DNA of 64,000 bases from Paraspadella gotoi (taxonomy: Eukaryota; Animalia; Chaetognatha), in NCBI GenBank assembly GCA_051294375.1, contig CM119267.1, positions 15,478,105-15,542,104 of the forward strand, read 5' to 3'. Below the pieces are notes generated by a model. It saw only the letters and a list, made by a program, of their open reading frames with translations, searched no databases and was not told where the DNA came from. Both the position numbers and the translations under genes were made by a program. Positions 12,033-23,865 of the stretch are shown piece after piece. Each line of letters opens with the position of its first letter. Position 1 is the stretch's first letter.

Positions 12033-12944
12033 TCAGGCCGAGGATTCGACGCTTGACGCGGCAGCGGCGGCGGGAAGATTGTCGTTAGCGATAAGTTTCT
12101 CGATGAGCTCCGACAACGGCGCAAACTCTTTTTTATCTACGAGGCTAAATTCGCGAACAAAGTAGACAAAATGCTTAAAGCTCGTGTTCAGATGCGCCTC
12201 CTCTTGTAAGTAGACCACTTCTTTGAAGTGCTCATGATAGATGTGAGCGTAGACGCGGAAGAGTCGCTTTAAAATAGTTTTGGCGATGTCGCGAAAGTTT
12301 TTAGGAAAGGGAACGCCGATCTTGGAAGGGAAGACGGCCTCGTCGTCAATCTGGTCCTGGGCCCAAGTCATGAGGTAGTCCATGTAGCGAGGGGCGCTAC
12401 ATTTCATCGGTTTCTTCACAGAAGTCCCGTCCGCCCAGAGATACTCGAACTTAGGTCCGGCGCACATTACGGGACAACGCTTGTCCGTGCAAAACTCTGT
12501 GATTGTACCGTAGAGCATGTTGATCTGGAGCGGCCAATTGGAAAATAACGTGCAATATCAATATCGCTTCTACTATACTGGCGTAACCGAGTTTTTCAAG
12601 TAACGAGTTTTAATACCTGCTCGAAAAAATCTACTGTGTTGACAGCGATCCATTCGTTGAGGTCTTCGCCAGGAGGAAGAACGACGGCCTGTCGCAAATC
12701 TCCGCTACCTACAACATTAATCAGGCAAGAAAGATTTGAATGAATTATCTCCGAAATTTTTCCCCCATCGCCCCCCCCCCCCGGGTTTCCAGAGACTATG
12801 CTTATTATACGTATAACTTATTGTTCACGCACCCAAAGTCACTGTCGAATATTTAATGAGCTCTTCTTGCGAAGTGGAATCGGAACTGTGCTTTTTCGGT
12901 TTGAAAGTTTTGTTTGAACGATTTCCGAAAAAAAAACTCATCAT
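12033..12944 (-). CDS. MOB1: MOB kinase activator 1, 3 exons
   Basis: MSFFFGNRSNKTFKPKK...[31 protein letters not shown]...MLYGTITEFC...ILKRLFRVYAHIYHEHF...HLNTSFKHF. Confidence 0.95.
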
Positions 12945-13109
12945 GGGAGAGATGGTGAGCGGTGCATGAGGAACTTTTTTTTTAAAATACGTTTACAACG
13001 ACACCTTCCTTTCGGTACAATCTTAAAATTAAAGAAAAATAATAAGAGAGGATTGACATGAAATTCATATAAAAATTACGACTAGAAAAAGAATTAAAGA
13101 GGAAAAATA

Positions 13110-13745
13110 TCATTCGTGCCCAAGCTTTCGTCCCGCTCCCCACTTTTGTTCGTCAGAGCTCAAAGTAGGCTCGGGCTCCGGCAGAGTCTCAGGGTCCCGC
13201 CTGCGGGGAACTCTTGTTCCGGCATCCCCGACTCCCCTGCCTTCGTTTATTCTCGCTCCGTCCATATTCCCCCGCGTGAGATCCGCCATGGAAGGGACGC
13301 CATGACGAGAGAATTTGACGACCAAGAAGAGGACGAGGGCGAGGAGGAGGCCGTGGAGGCCGAAAAGCAGGACTGCCAGGCAAGTGGCGACGAGGGCGAT
13401 GGGCTCGGCCGAGTAGGGCCCAAGATCGACGCGCGGGATGCCAGCGTCTAAAAGCTTTTGGTTGAGCAAGTGGAAAACGGTCACGGAATTTCCCTCGCTG
13501 GCCGGGCCGCCCATAGCGCCTCGACCAGCGGCGGCGGCGCCGTCGTCCGGCGTAGGGGAGCCGAAGGAAAATCGCCAACCGGAGCCATCGTTGGAATCGT
13601 CTCCCGATGCGGAGCTGGCTGGGGCGCCCGAAGAGCTTCCCTCACTTGGGGAGTTGCGACTCGAACCGTCGTTTCTTCGATTCGATACTGACGCGCGGGG
13701 ATCGTCGTCTGCAACGATTTCCCCGTTGGAAAGTATTTTGACCAT
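13110..13745 (-). CDS. FAM241: FAM241/DUF4605-like membrane protein, single exon
   Basis: Starts MVKILSNGEIVADDDPR, the characteristic family N-terminus. Later LNQKLLDAGIPR...EPIAL followed by a hydrophobic hairpin. Confidence 0.85.
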   Translation of the reverse strand: MVKILSNGEIVADDDPRASVSNRRNDGSSRNSPSEGSSSGAPASSASGDDSNDGSGWRFSFGSPTPDDGAAAAGRGAMGGPASEGNSVTVFHLLNQKLLDAGIPRVDLGPYSAEPIALVATCLAVLLFGLHGLLLALVLFLVVKFSRHGVPSMADLTRGNMDGARINEGRGVGDAGTRVPRRRDPETLPEPEPTLSSDEQKWGAGRKLGHE

Positions 13746-14181
13746 GACGACGGAAAGGGACAAAAAAGTCTCTAAGAAGAAAAATGTAAAAGGAACTGAA
13801 AGAACGCATCACAAATAGACCTAAAATTCTGAGTTTGTCCAGATTAAAAATTGGATGAGGAAATGCTTAATAATAAGATTAAGATTATTTAAACTTTACA
13901 ATGCCAGTAGAATAATAAATACTTTCTCTAAATTATAAAAGATTAAGCGCAAAAATAAGAGTGCGAAAATAATAAAATCCAATAGTAGTTTAGTAAGTTG
14001 ATAAAAATAAAATCATTTCAACCAACTGTAACTGACAGACATTTACCTAAGCTATGTAAAATGATCGAAAAATGATCGAAACGACGTAGTGGAAAGTCTA
14101 TGTAAAGATAGGATAAAATCCGATTGTTCGATTCCTTCGAGAAAAAAAACTAAGTCGCCACCCACAAGGGAGCCCCCCGCT

Positions 14182-16030
14182 TTAATCTCCTTTCACCCTG
14201 CGGGCCATGGCGGCGACGAGCCCGGCTCCTTTGCCGCTCCCATCCTCGGACAAGACTAACTTCGTTTGACAGTCGCCGCCGCTCATCAGATCTTCAATTT
14301 TTTTCGTAATGAGATCGTGGAATTGCGAATGAAACTTGTACAGCGAACCGTCCATAGCGATAGTGACCTGGGGGCGGTTGACCCGACGAAGGATGGCCAC
14401 GAGCGCCGCGGAGCACAAATGCGCCGAGCGTGTCGAGACCGCCTGAGAAAAGCGTTGAGGGGTACAGAGATTTTTTTGGCTGTAATGTTTCGTCATCAAG
14501 GTTTTTTTTTACCTGACAAACCCGCTGGACGATCTCGCACTCATAGACTGAGACGTTCTCAATGCCACATTCGCCAAGTATCTGTCGCACCGCGAGATAG
14601 CCGGGCATGCTTTTCATCTCGGTTAAATATTTGGTGTGGAAAGATCGACGATTGTTGACATCGAGAAAATCCACTCCATCACTGTCCAATTTGTTTGAGG
14701 GTACTTGAGACGTGAGGGAGCTGGAGGAGCACGAGCGACTTATCGCGGGGGAGACTGTGACGAAATCATCGTATAAGAATATGCTATGAATAATAAAGGC
14801 CGGGCGCCGAAAGTCTTACCCGACTGAACAAAATACGGCCCTGCCGAGATAGAAGCTTGAGTGTTTTTGAACAAGATTCCCAAAGAATGAAGTTTGATAA
14901 GGGCCAATCGTGTGATTTCTCCCAAGTAGTGACCGGCAATGAGTTTTTCGAATGTGTTTGTTCGAGGTTTCGTCGAACGGCTGAAAGAACAACCCCCATC
15001 AATTTATTTGGCCAAAGGACAAAGCAACAATTTTTGAAGCATTTGTTTTATACCACTGATAGCTAATTATTAGATAACCTGACGCAAAACAATTTTATGG
15101 CATGTATGATTATATTGCCATGATCAATTAATCACCCTACATGGATCCTCGTAATGCTCACCAATCATTCTCCTTATCAAAGTCAGTCAGTAGGAAGTCG
15201 AGGCAGCCATTGTCTCCCAAGGTTCCCCACTGTACGTCCACGACCATCTCTTCCGCATTCTGGGTATACGCTTGCTTACAGGCCCCGATTAACCCCGCCT
15301 TTTCAACGTAGCAGGCGTTGGTCGACGTGCCGAACACTAAGCCGATGCGGCATTCCGGATGTTGGTGCGCGCAAGCAATCATCGTACCGGTTGAGTCGTC
15401 GACGATGGCAACACAATGTACACCGGCAATCCCGGGGTTCTCCTTGGCGATACGAGCGAGCGCCTCGTGAAACAGGCGTCCTACGTCCTCTCCTTCTACG
15501 CCGTCGCAAGAGAACCCTTTGGTCCAGGTCAACAACCGACCGTGGTTCAAGCTATCCTTCTCCACGGGAAAAGAGAAGGTAAAGCAAAGGGGGAGCTTCT
15601 TCCCCAACAGGCTTTCCTTTTCCATGAAATTTGCCAAGCATTTGACGATAAAATCGAATAGCTTAGCTCCGGGACCCGACTTCAGCGGCGGCGCTACCAC
15701 AAAGATGCGCGAACGAACCTGGACTTCCTCCGACTCATAGTCGGGGGAAGGGATGTGAACCCAGAAAATGCGGAAGTTGCTGCGACCAAAGTCGATAGCA
15801 AGGAAGTCTCCGTGCTCCGATCCGTCCGGGACGCCGGGCACGAAAGTCGAAAACATCTTGACCTCGGCGAGGGCGTGGGTGGAGGGGTCGAGGCCCTTAG
15901 CCATCTCCGCGGACAAGAGATCGGTGACTCTGCAAAGAGCAGCATCGTCCAGAGTAAAGGAGGCCACGACCTCGTCTACAAGTTCTTCCTCCGTCGAGTT
16001 TCGGGGAATCTTGGATGGCGTCGACTCCAT
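14182..16030 (-). CDS. Hexokinase-family protein (single ~50 kDa unit) with divergent active-site motifs, 4 exons
   Basis: FLAIDFGRSNFR, FTFSFP, WTKGF, VDDSTGT, GTSTNACY, FEKLIAGHYLGEITRL, MDGSLYKFH, SEDGSGKGAGLVAA. Confidence 0.92.
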
Positions 16031-16301
16031 CGTTAGTAGTATAATCAGTTTCACAATTAAAGAACGAGATTCACCACTGGTCAAATTGATTGTTTAATTC
16101 ATTGGAAATATGCATGACTGAAATCCGAATCGTTTCTAAACGAAATCTTAAAACATGAACATGAAAAGAATTCGACAAAAATATCGACAAAAAGAAAATC
16201 GAGGCTTGGGTAAGTAAGAAAAATCATCGTGACGCGTATCACAGGAAGAAATATTTCGATCGTATTGGAAATTCTGGAGTTTCAACGTTCGTGAAAACGT
16301 T

Positions 16302-16876
16302 TCACCACTCAAAATTAGCCACCCTTACGTTGGCCTGGTTCTCAACTGTTTGAACTATTTTCCTCAGCAGCTGCTGCTTGAGCATGGCGTCTCCGGCGAC
16401 CAGCGCCACCAACATAGTGGCGTCCTCCGCTTTTAAATTCACCACCAATTCCCTTACGCCTGCGGCCAGGGCCTTTTGCTGCTCCGGAGGCATTCTTTCT
16501 ATTACCTGATCGAGGAAGAAATCGTCCGGGAATAAAAATGAGACAATAGGAAGAGTCAAAATAGGGATATTGACCTGAGAAAGAGGAAGAAATTTGTCTC
16601 GGGCGAGATAAGCGGCGACACAACCGCCAACGCTTCCGCCAAAGGCCAGACCGACCGGTCCGCCAACGACCCCGCCAATAACGGTACAGACGCCGGCGAT
16701 GGCGCCGCCCTTGAGCGACTCTTTTACAGATACCTCAAAAATGAAAAAAAAAAAATTGCTCTCACCTCTACTACGTAAGTGACCAGAACCGACAAACTAC
16801 CTACCTGAAGGTTTTCGTCGGAGACCAAAAGGGTACAAAGTTCGACGAGTCTCTGTTCAGTCGTACCCAACGACAT
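16302..16876 (-). CDS. C19orf12: C19orf12 (MPAN/Nazo)-like glycine-zipper protein, 3 exons
   Basis: ENLQVSVKESLKGGAIAGVCTVIGGVVGGPVGLAFGGSVGGCVAAYLARDKFLPLSQVIERMPPEQQKAL. Confidence 0.9.
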
Positions 16877-17615
16877 TTCGATTTCGGGCGCTTTTATATT
16901 AAGGAAATGTTTAATCGGTAAACCTTCAATGACTTTTCATCTATAAAAGAAAATTATGTTCAAGAGGTAGGAACTTTTTTGATCACATTCTATTCCATGA
17001 AATTCATGTAAAACATTGAATTAAGTTTACAGAAAACCATATATCGATAAAAACCGTTACAAAAGAATATTTTAGTGCTTTGACTAGAGATCACAGCTCT
17101 GTGGTTTCAGGGGTGGATTCCATAAACAGGAAATAGAACAAATTTCCCAATTCAAAATTAAAACTACAGCGAAATAATCGCAGAATTCCCCAAAAATGAA
17201 AAAAAAAAAAAAACACAAAACACAAAATCATGTTGCTACAAGTATCCGAAAAGTGCAATTACTAAGGGCTGATAAATATTTGGCATACTAAATTAACTGC
17301 CCCTCATGTAACTTCCATAAATATGGAATAATACAGGCTAATAGGACTTTAAAATGTAAATAAAAGAAAATGTATGCCAAATGTAAACCAAATTCTAACC
17401 GAACTTAAGAACAATCGGTTAAATCATAAAACGAAAGGTGCCGTTGAATTTTTTTAAAACAATCCGATAATAAATGTATTTCTAAAATAAAAAAAGATAG
17501 CAATGGCGATTACTCCGATGCAGCCCAAATGGTTCTTTAAATCTTTACGATTTAATCAAAGCCGTAAGAACAAATAACTAATTATGCTTGATAATGGTCA
17601 GGGGAGCAAACGTGG

Positions 17616-20600
17616 TCAGCGCAAAGTGGTTCCGTTCAAGTGTCGTGACGCGTCTCCATCTCCACCGGGCGAGACGTCGAGAAGGATTGGAAACCTGAAG
17701 TTACGTCTACAGACAAGAGATTCAAGGCCTTCGCCCGCGTATGATAAGAGCGGGGATATCTCGCAAACGCCAGTATCATCTGAGAAGAAGAAAGAGAATG
17801 GAAAAGTCAGGTGGTTTGTGTGCGTATGTTGCTTTTTTTGGCAGGAAAGACGGAACTATAAATTATCTTACTAGCTTCCAAAAGAGGCCGTTTTCATGAA
17901 CTGACTGATAGGAGTACCTGGCTGAAAATTTATCTTCATTAATGATTATCCCTTGGACAAAAATAATTCTGTAATCATTTGTAACAAAGCTAACAAGGTT
18001 TCTCACGGCGGTCCCTAAATCTTTACCTTCGTAGTCGAAAACGGCTCCAGACGCCTTCAGGTAGGAGCGATGAAGACGCATCAAAGACTCTCGAGCCTGA
18101 GTCGGTGAATCCGTCAGTGCCCCTGAGAAAAAATAAATTATTTTAATTATACTAGTATAGATAATATAATCTATACATGTATACACATATGTGTAATTGT
18201 GTATTACATATACATGTACAATGTACATTTAGCACTTATTTTTTTGCATTTCTGAATACATTGTAGAAAATATCAGAAAAACGTAATAACGATCGACATT
18301 CAATCACACAATGAGCGTTCTCACCTTCGGCGTTTTTCAAAGGCGCAAACTCAGTTTCCCTGTCCACTTCCCAGACGGCAAAGTTTCGGGAAAAGGCGAA
18401 CACATCGAACACGAACTTCTCCAATTTGATTCCGTTTGGTTTTTGCGGAACGATCTTTTCACCGGCTGCCGTTAAAATAATAATATAATATAAAATAATA
18501 ATAAAAATCTTAGAAGTATAGTGATCTCGCCAGACGTTACTTACTATCAAAGAAAATTAATAAAAAAATCTAGAAAAAAATGAACGATTGATATAATAGT
18601 AATTGATTGATGTAATAATAATTGATTGATGTAATAGTAATTGATTGACACGACGATAACCAAATATTAATGCGATTTTTTAAAAAAAAATTTTACATTT
18701 TTTATTTATAAATAAATATTAAAAAAATAATTACTAATTTTAAAGAATTTTGGTCCATTGAAATTTTTTTCAGAAATGTATGAAGTTTCATTTGTGAAGG
18801 TTCCCAAATCAAACTTCTGACCCACCTCATTGACAAAGTTTGGCTCTATTATTATCGTATTAATATTTGGTTATCATCAAATTTCAATGGACCAAAATTC
18901 TTTAAAATGGCTAAAAGCATTAGTAATTATTTTTTTAATATTTATTTATAAATAAAAAATGTAAAAATGTTTTTAAAAAAATGTTTATTTTTAAAAACAG
19001 ATTAAGATAGCTTATGAAAAGTTGTCTATACAAAGTATAATTCTTTTTTTAATATTTTCATGATAAATGGGTCAAAATTTGGAAAAACCTAAAAAAACAT
19101 CATCCGATAATTTTAGCAGTTTTTATTAATTTTCAGTAATAAAAACTCAAAATTTTAAAAAGTTGTAATTACACTTTTTGAGCTCTATCAGAATCAATTA
19201 AAAAAATTTAAAATATCCAAAAATTTTTTTTGATAATATATAAAAATATAATAATTTTAATTAACAAATTATTTATGATTTGGAACATTTTTGTAAAAAA
19301 ATATTTTAATACAACCAATAATGGATTTGTTTAATGCTATTCCTAAAAAAATTTAAATTTGGTCGGATACCGTTAATAATAACCAAATATTGATACAATA
19401 ATAATCTTTTATTGATACCATGATAATCATTCATTGATACAATGATAATTATTCATTGATGAGATGATAGTCATTCAGCGTAAATAAAACAAATGTATGA
19501 AAGAAAAAGAAAGAAAAAAAGAGAGAAAGAAGCTGGATAACCGCTGCAGAGCTGAAGTCGTTTTTAAAAGAATCAGAAGAGGAAGAGACGGAAAAAAAGC
19601 TAGAGAGCGACATATATTTAAAATTGCTTGTAATTCATAGTAGTTTTATATATATAAATTGTTTTATAAATAAAACAACAAAAGCGTGTAGCAATATGAA
19701 ACATTGAATCTAAAAAATCTTGCTGATTAGAAGCTATATCTAACTTTTTAGCTTCCTATGGTTACCCACTTTTACAATTTCCAATGATAAAAAAGCGGGA
19801 CGACGAGGATGACAACGACGGTTACAAAGAAACATAAGCGAACCAACATCACGCCAAGACGGGCCTTAGGCCGTCCGGCGAGATAAAAAGAAAGAAAAAT
19901 TGAGGATACCTTCATCGACGAAAGGTATTTTCTTCTTGGCGACGTGGTAATGGAGGAGATGTTCGTTTTCGCGGACGACTCGTTCGAGAAAGTCCAGGGT
20001 AAAGAAGTGGTTGGCGATGTTGGCCGCGTTAAAGGCGAGGCGACCGTCGGCGTTGCGCTGATCTCGCGACGTCGCCGAGATTTCAGAATATTCCACAACC
20101 TTCAATCGGGAAGTTTTAATTAATAAACCAAGCAAAAAAATTGTCTGACCTACGAAATGCATTCCGAGATCCGACCTGGAATCTCTCGCCGATTTTACAG
20201 ACAAGCCCGACGGGTTCCTCGGGTCTCTTCTTCTCGACGACTTTGACACCGCAATCAGTTCCACGTTCGAGACAAAAGCCAAGGAAAGTTGGATCTGCCA
20301 GCTTGACCAGAATATTGTCCACGCAGTAGACATGAATGTAGGCGACACCTCGACGAGCCATGTCCGACAAAATGCCACTACGATCCAAAGCTTAAAGAAG
20401 ACAAAAGAAAACGTTGGTGAAATCATCTCTTTTTATTGGTCATGCTCGAGACTCGCCTTTGTACAATCCCCCGTTTCCGTCCGGCGCTCGAGCGATCCTG
20501 TGTTTCTCTGCCAAGATTATTTTGCCGGCGAAGTCAAGGCAAGGAAGCGTGGATTGTTCGAAGACGAGGACATTGCTTCTGTCGAGTCCGAAGTAACGTC

Positions 20601-22096
20601 GCTCCTCAAAAAAGCGTTCTGTTTGTTCCTTGGTCGCCTCCGACGTCATGATGTACCAGGGAACTACGACGTTGTGACCGTCTCCGCATCGTTGGGCGAC
20701 CATCTGTTGAAGGCGAAGGAGGCGCTCCGCTTGAAGTTGGTATAACGTTTTTTTCGAAGGTAACCCGACGTCGTACATGCCCTTCGGGTAGTTAACGCCT
20801 AATAAATGAAAAAGCGTATTTTTATTTTATCTTTATTTACACAAACGAAAATTCTTACTTTGATCTTACCTAATCTGGTACCTTGACCTCCGGCCAGCAG
20901 CAGCACAGCAACTTTTCCACCAGAAATGGCTTTAAGACCAACTTCCTCTAACGCTTTCAACCGCTTCGCGTTGGATTTCAACGAACTACCAAAGCAATCG
21001 TCAGGGATGGGTGACATCGGCTCGGTGGAAACGCTTAAGTCCCCTGGGGCTGCGAAAAAATGTCAAATTGAACAATAGGGTAGTGCGGGATAATTCGGGA
21101 TAATTCGGAACACTTTGGGAAATAATCAAATTTTTCGCAAAGTAAATATATTTTGAAAAAAGATATATCCCCGATAGGGCCGATACTGATTAATGCACTC
21201 GTTTTTCTCTTGCGGCCCTTTAAAAATTTAAAAGTGTTATTTTTTTATTCATCATTTTAAACTTTATTAAAATTTTTATTTCCTTTTCAAAATATTTTCA
21301 TATTAATTTCATCTTAATTTTGTCTCAAACTAATATTTTAACCCCTATTTAGGAGTTAAATTCCATTCCAAACTTTTGTATATTTTTATAGCTTATTACT
21401 GTAATATGAATAGTATAATAATTTTTTCTACCTAATTATTTAACAAATGTTGCTTACTGTTATTACTACTTATCACTATCACGTTATAAAAAGCGTATGA
21501 GGTAACATAGAACACTTACTTTACAGATGTTCCATTTTACCCCAATTTAATCGTTGCTATGTAAAAAATAGTTATTGTATAGATTATTTCGAAAAAAATA
21601 ATTATCATATATTAATATTCCATAGTCAATTAGTCATTACGTCAAATGACTGACAAAGCTTGAAAAGACTCCTCAAAGACGAAAATTGACTAGCAGCTTT
21701 GAAATTGCTGTTGCAGATTTTGCGGCAGCCGCGGAATGCTGTAACTTTAATAATGTAAAGTCAAGTAGATGAAATAGAAATTAAAAAAACTTAGTAAACA
21801 ATTTTTTAAGTAATTTTATGCGTCAGTGTTACGAATTACTCTTGTTCCGAATTACCCCGCACTACCCTAAACACAATTGATTGATAAAATTCATATATGT
21901 AGTTAATAATTTATATACGTTGTACAGGATTCCCACCTTGAGATTTTCGAAAGTTTTCAGCGACTTGTCTAAATTCGATGGAAGATAAGTCGTTGTGCAG
22001 TTGAGACTTTTGCTTTTCCGACAATTCGTCCCAAAACTTGATCAAGTGCGACTGATTCGTTTCGGCCAAAACGCGATGTAATCCGTTGAGCTCCAT
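17616..22096 (-). CDS. UAP1: UDP-N-acetylhexosamine pyrophosphorylase, 8 exons
   Basis: [89 protein letters not shown]. One GC-AG intron (20391-20456). Confidence 0.96.
18586..19480. repeat. AT-rich composite repeat in a UAP1 intron: foldback arms, short tandem repeats and a dispersed-repeat segment
   Basis: Inverted arms about 18676-18766 and 18879-18980. About 19-bp tandem units (aatagtaattgattgatgt) at 18586-18648. About 22-bp units at 19390-19476. The segment near 19160-19200 is similar in reverse complement to 53670-53730. Confidence 0.7.
21078..21867. mobile_element. Non-autonomous TIR element (MITE) with TA target duplication, Tc1/mariner/pogo-type, in UAP1 intron 1
   Basis: Left end ta-GGGTAGTGCGGGATAATTCGG; right end CCGAATTACCCCGCACTACCC-ta. 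No ORF. Confidence 0.85.
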
Positions 22097-22437
22097 GACT
22101 ACGGAATAAATGACTAGTGGAATCGCAGATTTTTCGATTTTTCTCAGTTATGATTCGGACGGAGGAATTATTTCATTCGTTTATTTTATGGTTAAGGAAC
22201 TTTTGACGTAGTATGTAGTTGTAAGTACCGCCGTTTTCGGGTTTTGACTCATCTGAGTCATAAACCTTCTGCATCAATTAAGAAACCAAAACCGGTTATT
22301 ATAGAATGCTTAAATCCCTCCCAGCACACAAGGCGCGAAAATAGCTGTGACTAATTGTAAAAAAAAAAAAAGGACGAGCAAATTAAAACCCTAGGCAGTA
22401 GGCAGTATGATTAAAATAGTAAATTGATCTCAAAGAT

Positions 22438-23499
22438 TTAAGGAGGCACGACGGAAGCGAGAAATGCCTTCAAGTCTCTTATCTCCTGCGAGGACGAGGA
22501 ATGGCCCATCCCTGAGTATTCGTGGTAATCAACCTTAAGGTTCATGGACTTCAAGAGCTCTCCAGTTTTTCGTCCCCACTCGATGTGGATCAAAGAATCC
22601 TCGGTACCGTGTCCCTGAAATATTGGGCTCGAACGACAACCCTTTAATATTCCTGTGGGGGTGGAGGATGCGGATTACAACGTACATTTCGATGAGTCAA
22701 ACTTAAACGACGGACGTCGATTACCAGGAAACTTAGCGTTCAGAGGCAGCCAACTGGAAAGGGCGACGACTCCGGCGAGAGGTTTCTCCGTGGTTAAAGC
22801 CGCGTAGAGCGCCGTGGCGCCCCCTTGCGAAAAACCGCCCACGACGATTCGTTCGGGAGCCACGCCGGCTTTGATCTCCGCGTCGACGAGCGATTTTAAA
22901 GCGTCGGAAGCTTTGACGATTCCGGCCTCGTCTTCCGGAGCGGATGGATCGAGTCCGCGAATGTCGAACCACGAATTCATCTGAAAAAAAAGGTGCAAAG
23001 TATTAAAATCAAGCTACTCTCTTTCAATATGTACGAATAATTCATTACTTGCATGCCAAAATTCAAAGTGACAGCCATCGTGGGAGCTGTGGGGCATATA
23101 ATTTTAACATGGTCCAATTTGAGGGCTTTAAACTCGTCGGCCCAACCGCTTCCATCATCACCTTAAATCAAAATTATCTAAAGGCATTAAAAAAAGTATT
23201 CTGGATAGAAAATAAATAATTTTTTTGAAGTCGGTATGTATTTGAGTATCACCTAATCCATGCAGGAATATTAATGTCGCGGAATGGGCTCCAGTGGCGC
23301 GTTGCACATAAGTTTTTCCCAATTGGATCGCGGACATGGTCTTTTCACCGTCAGTTGAGCGATTGGTAGCCTGATTACTCGTGGCACATCCCATAAACTG
23401 GTTGTATTTAAATGGTATATAGCTTAGAAGAATTACGATTCCAGCTACTAAAACACAAGCGTAAAATGTTTTTGACAAAGAAATTAAAATTATTGGCAT
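22438..23499 (-). CDS. LYPLA1: Acyl-protein thioesterase / lysophospholipase, 4 exons
   Basis: IFLHGLGD, ICPTAP, MNSWFDIRGL, GGFSQGG nucleophile motif, FQGHGTEDSLI, GMGHSSS. Three possible in-frame starts (23499, 23394, 23337). LYPLA1 vs LYPLA2 cannot be distinguished. Confidence 0.93.
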
Positions 23500-23865
23500 C
23501 ACCAATCAAAACAAAAAATCGTCGAAAATTGGCCACGTGTGAAGATTTTTTTTTTTGTCCGTAAGAATGTCAAACTGTCAAAAGATCTACGAAACAAAGT
23601 TAAATAAGAACGACGGCGCGTCTCTTTACAATAAAAGGAACAGCGGGTCTCCCACATGCAAAATATTAATATTAATCAAACGATTAGGGATTAGCACATT
23701 TATAAATTTACGGGGCCACTTTTTTTAAAAGATAAATTCGGAATTAAATCGTTCGATCACAGTTTCGGTCGTCATTATCGAAAAACGGTAAAAACGTTAA
23801 TAGAACCGAGAACTCTGGGTAGTCGTTTAGGTTTCTTGCATGCCCAGGCGATTTAGCGCGTTATA

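Noticed and set aside
18586-19476. Short tandem repeats as a CRISPR-like array
   Set aside because: Head-to-tail 19-22 bp AT-rich units without unique spacers, in a eukaryotic intron, with no cas genes.
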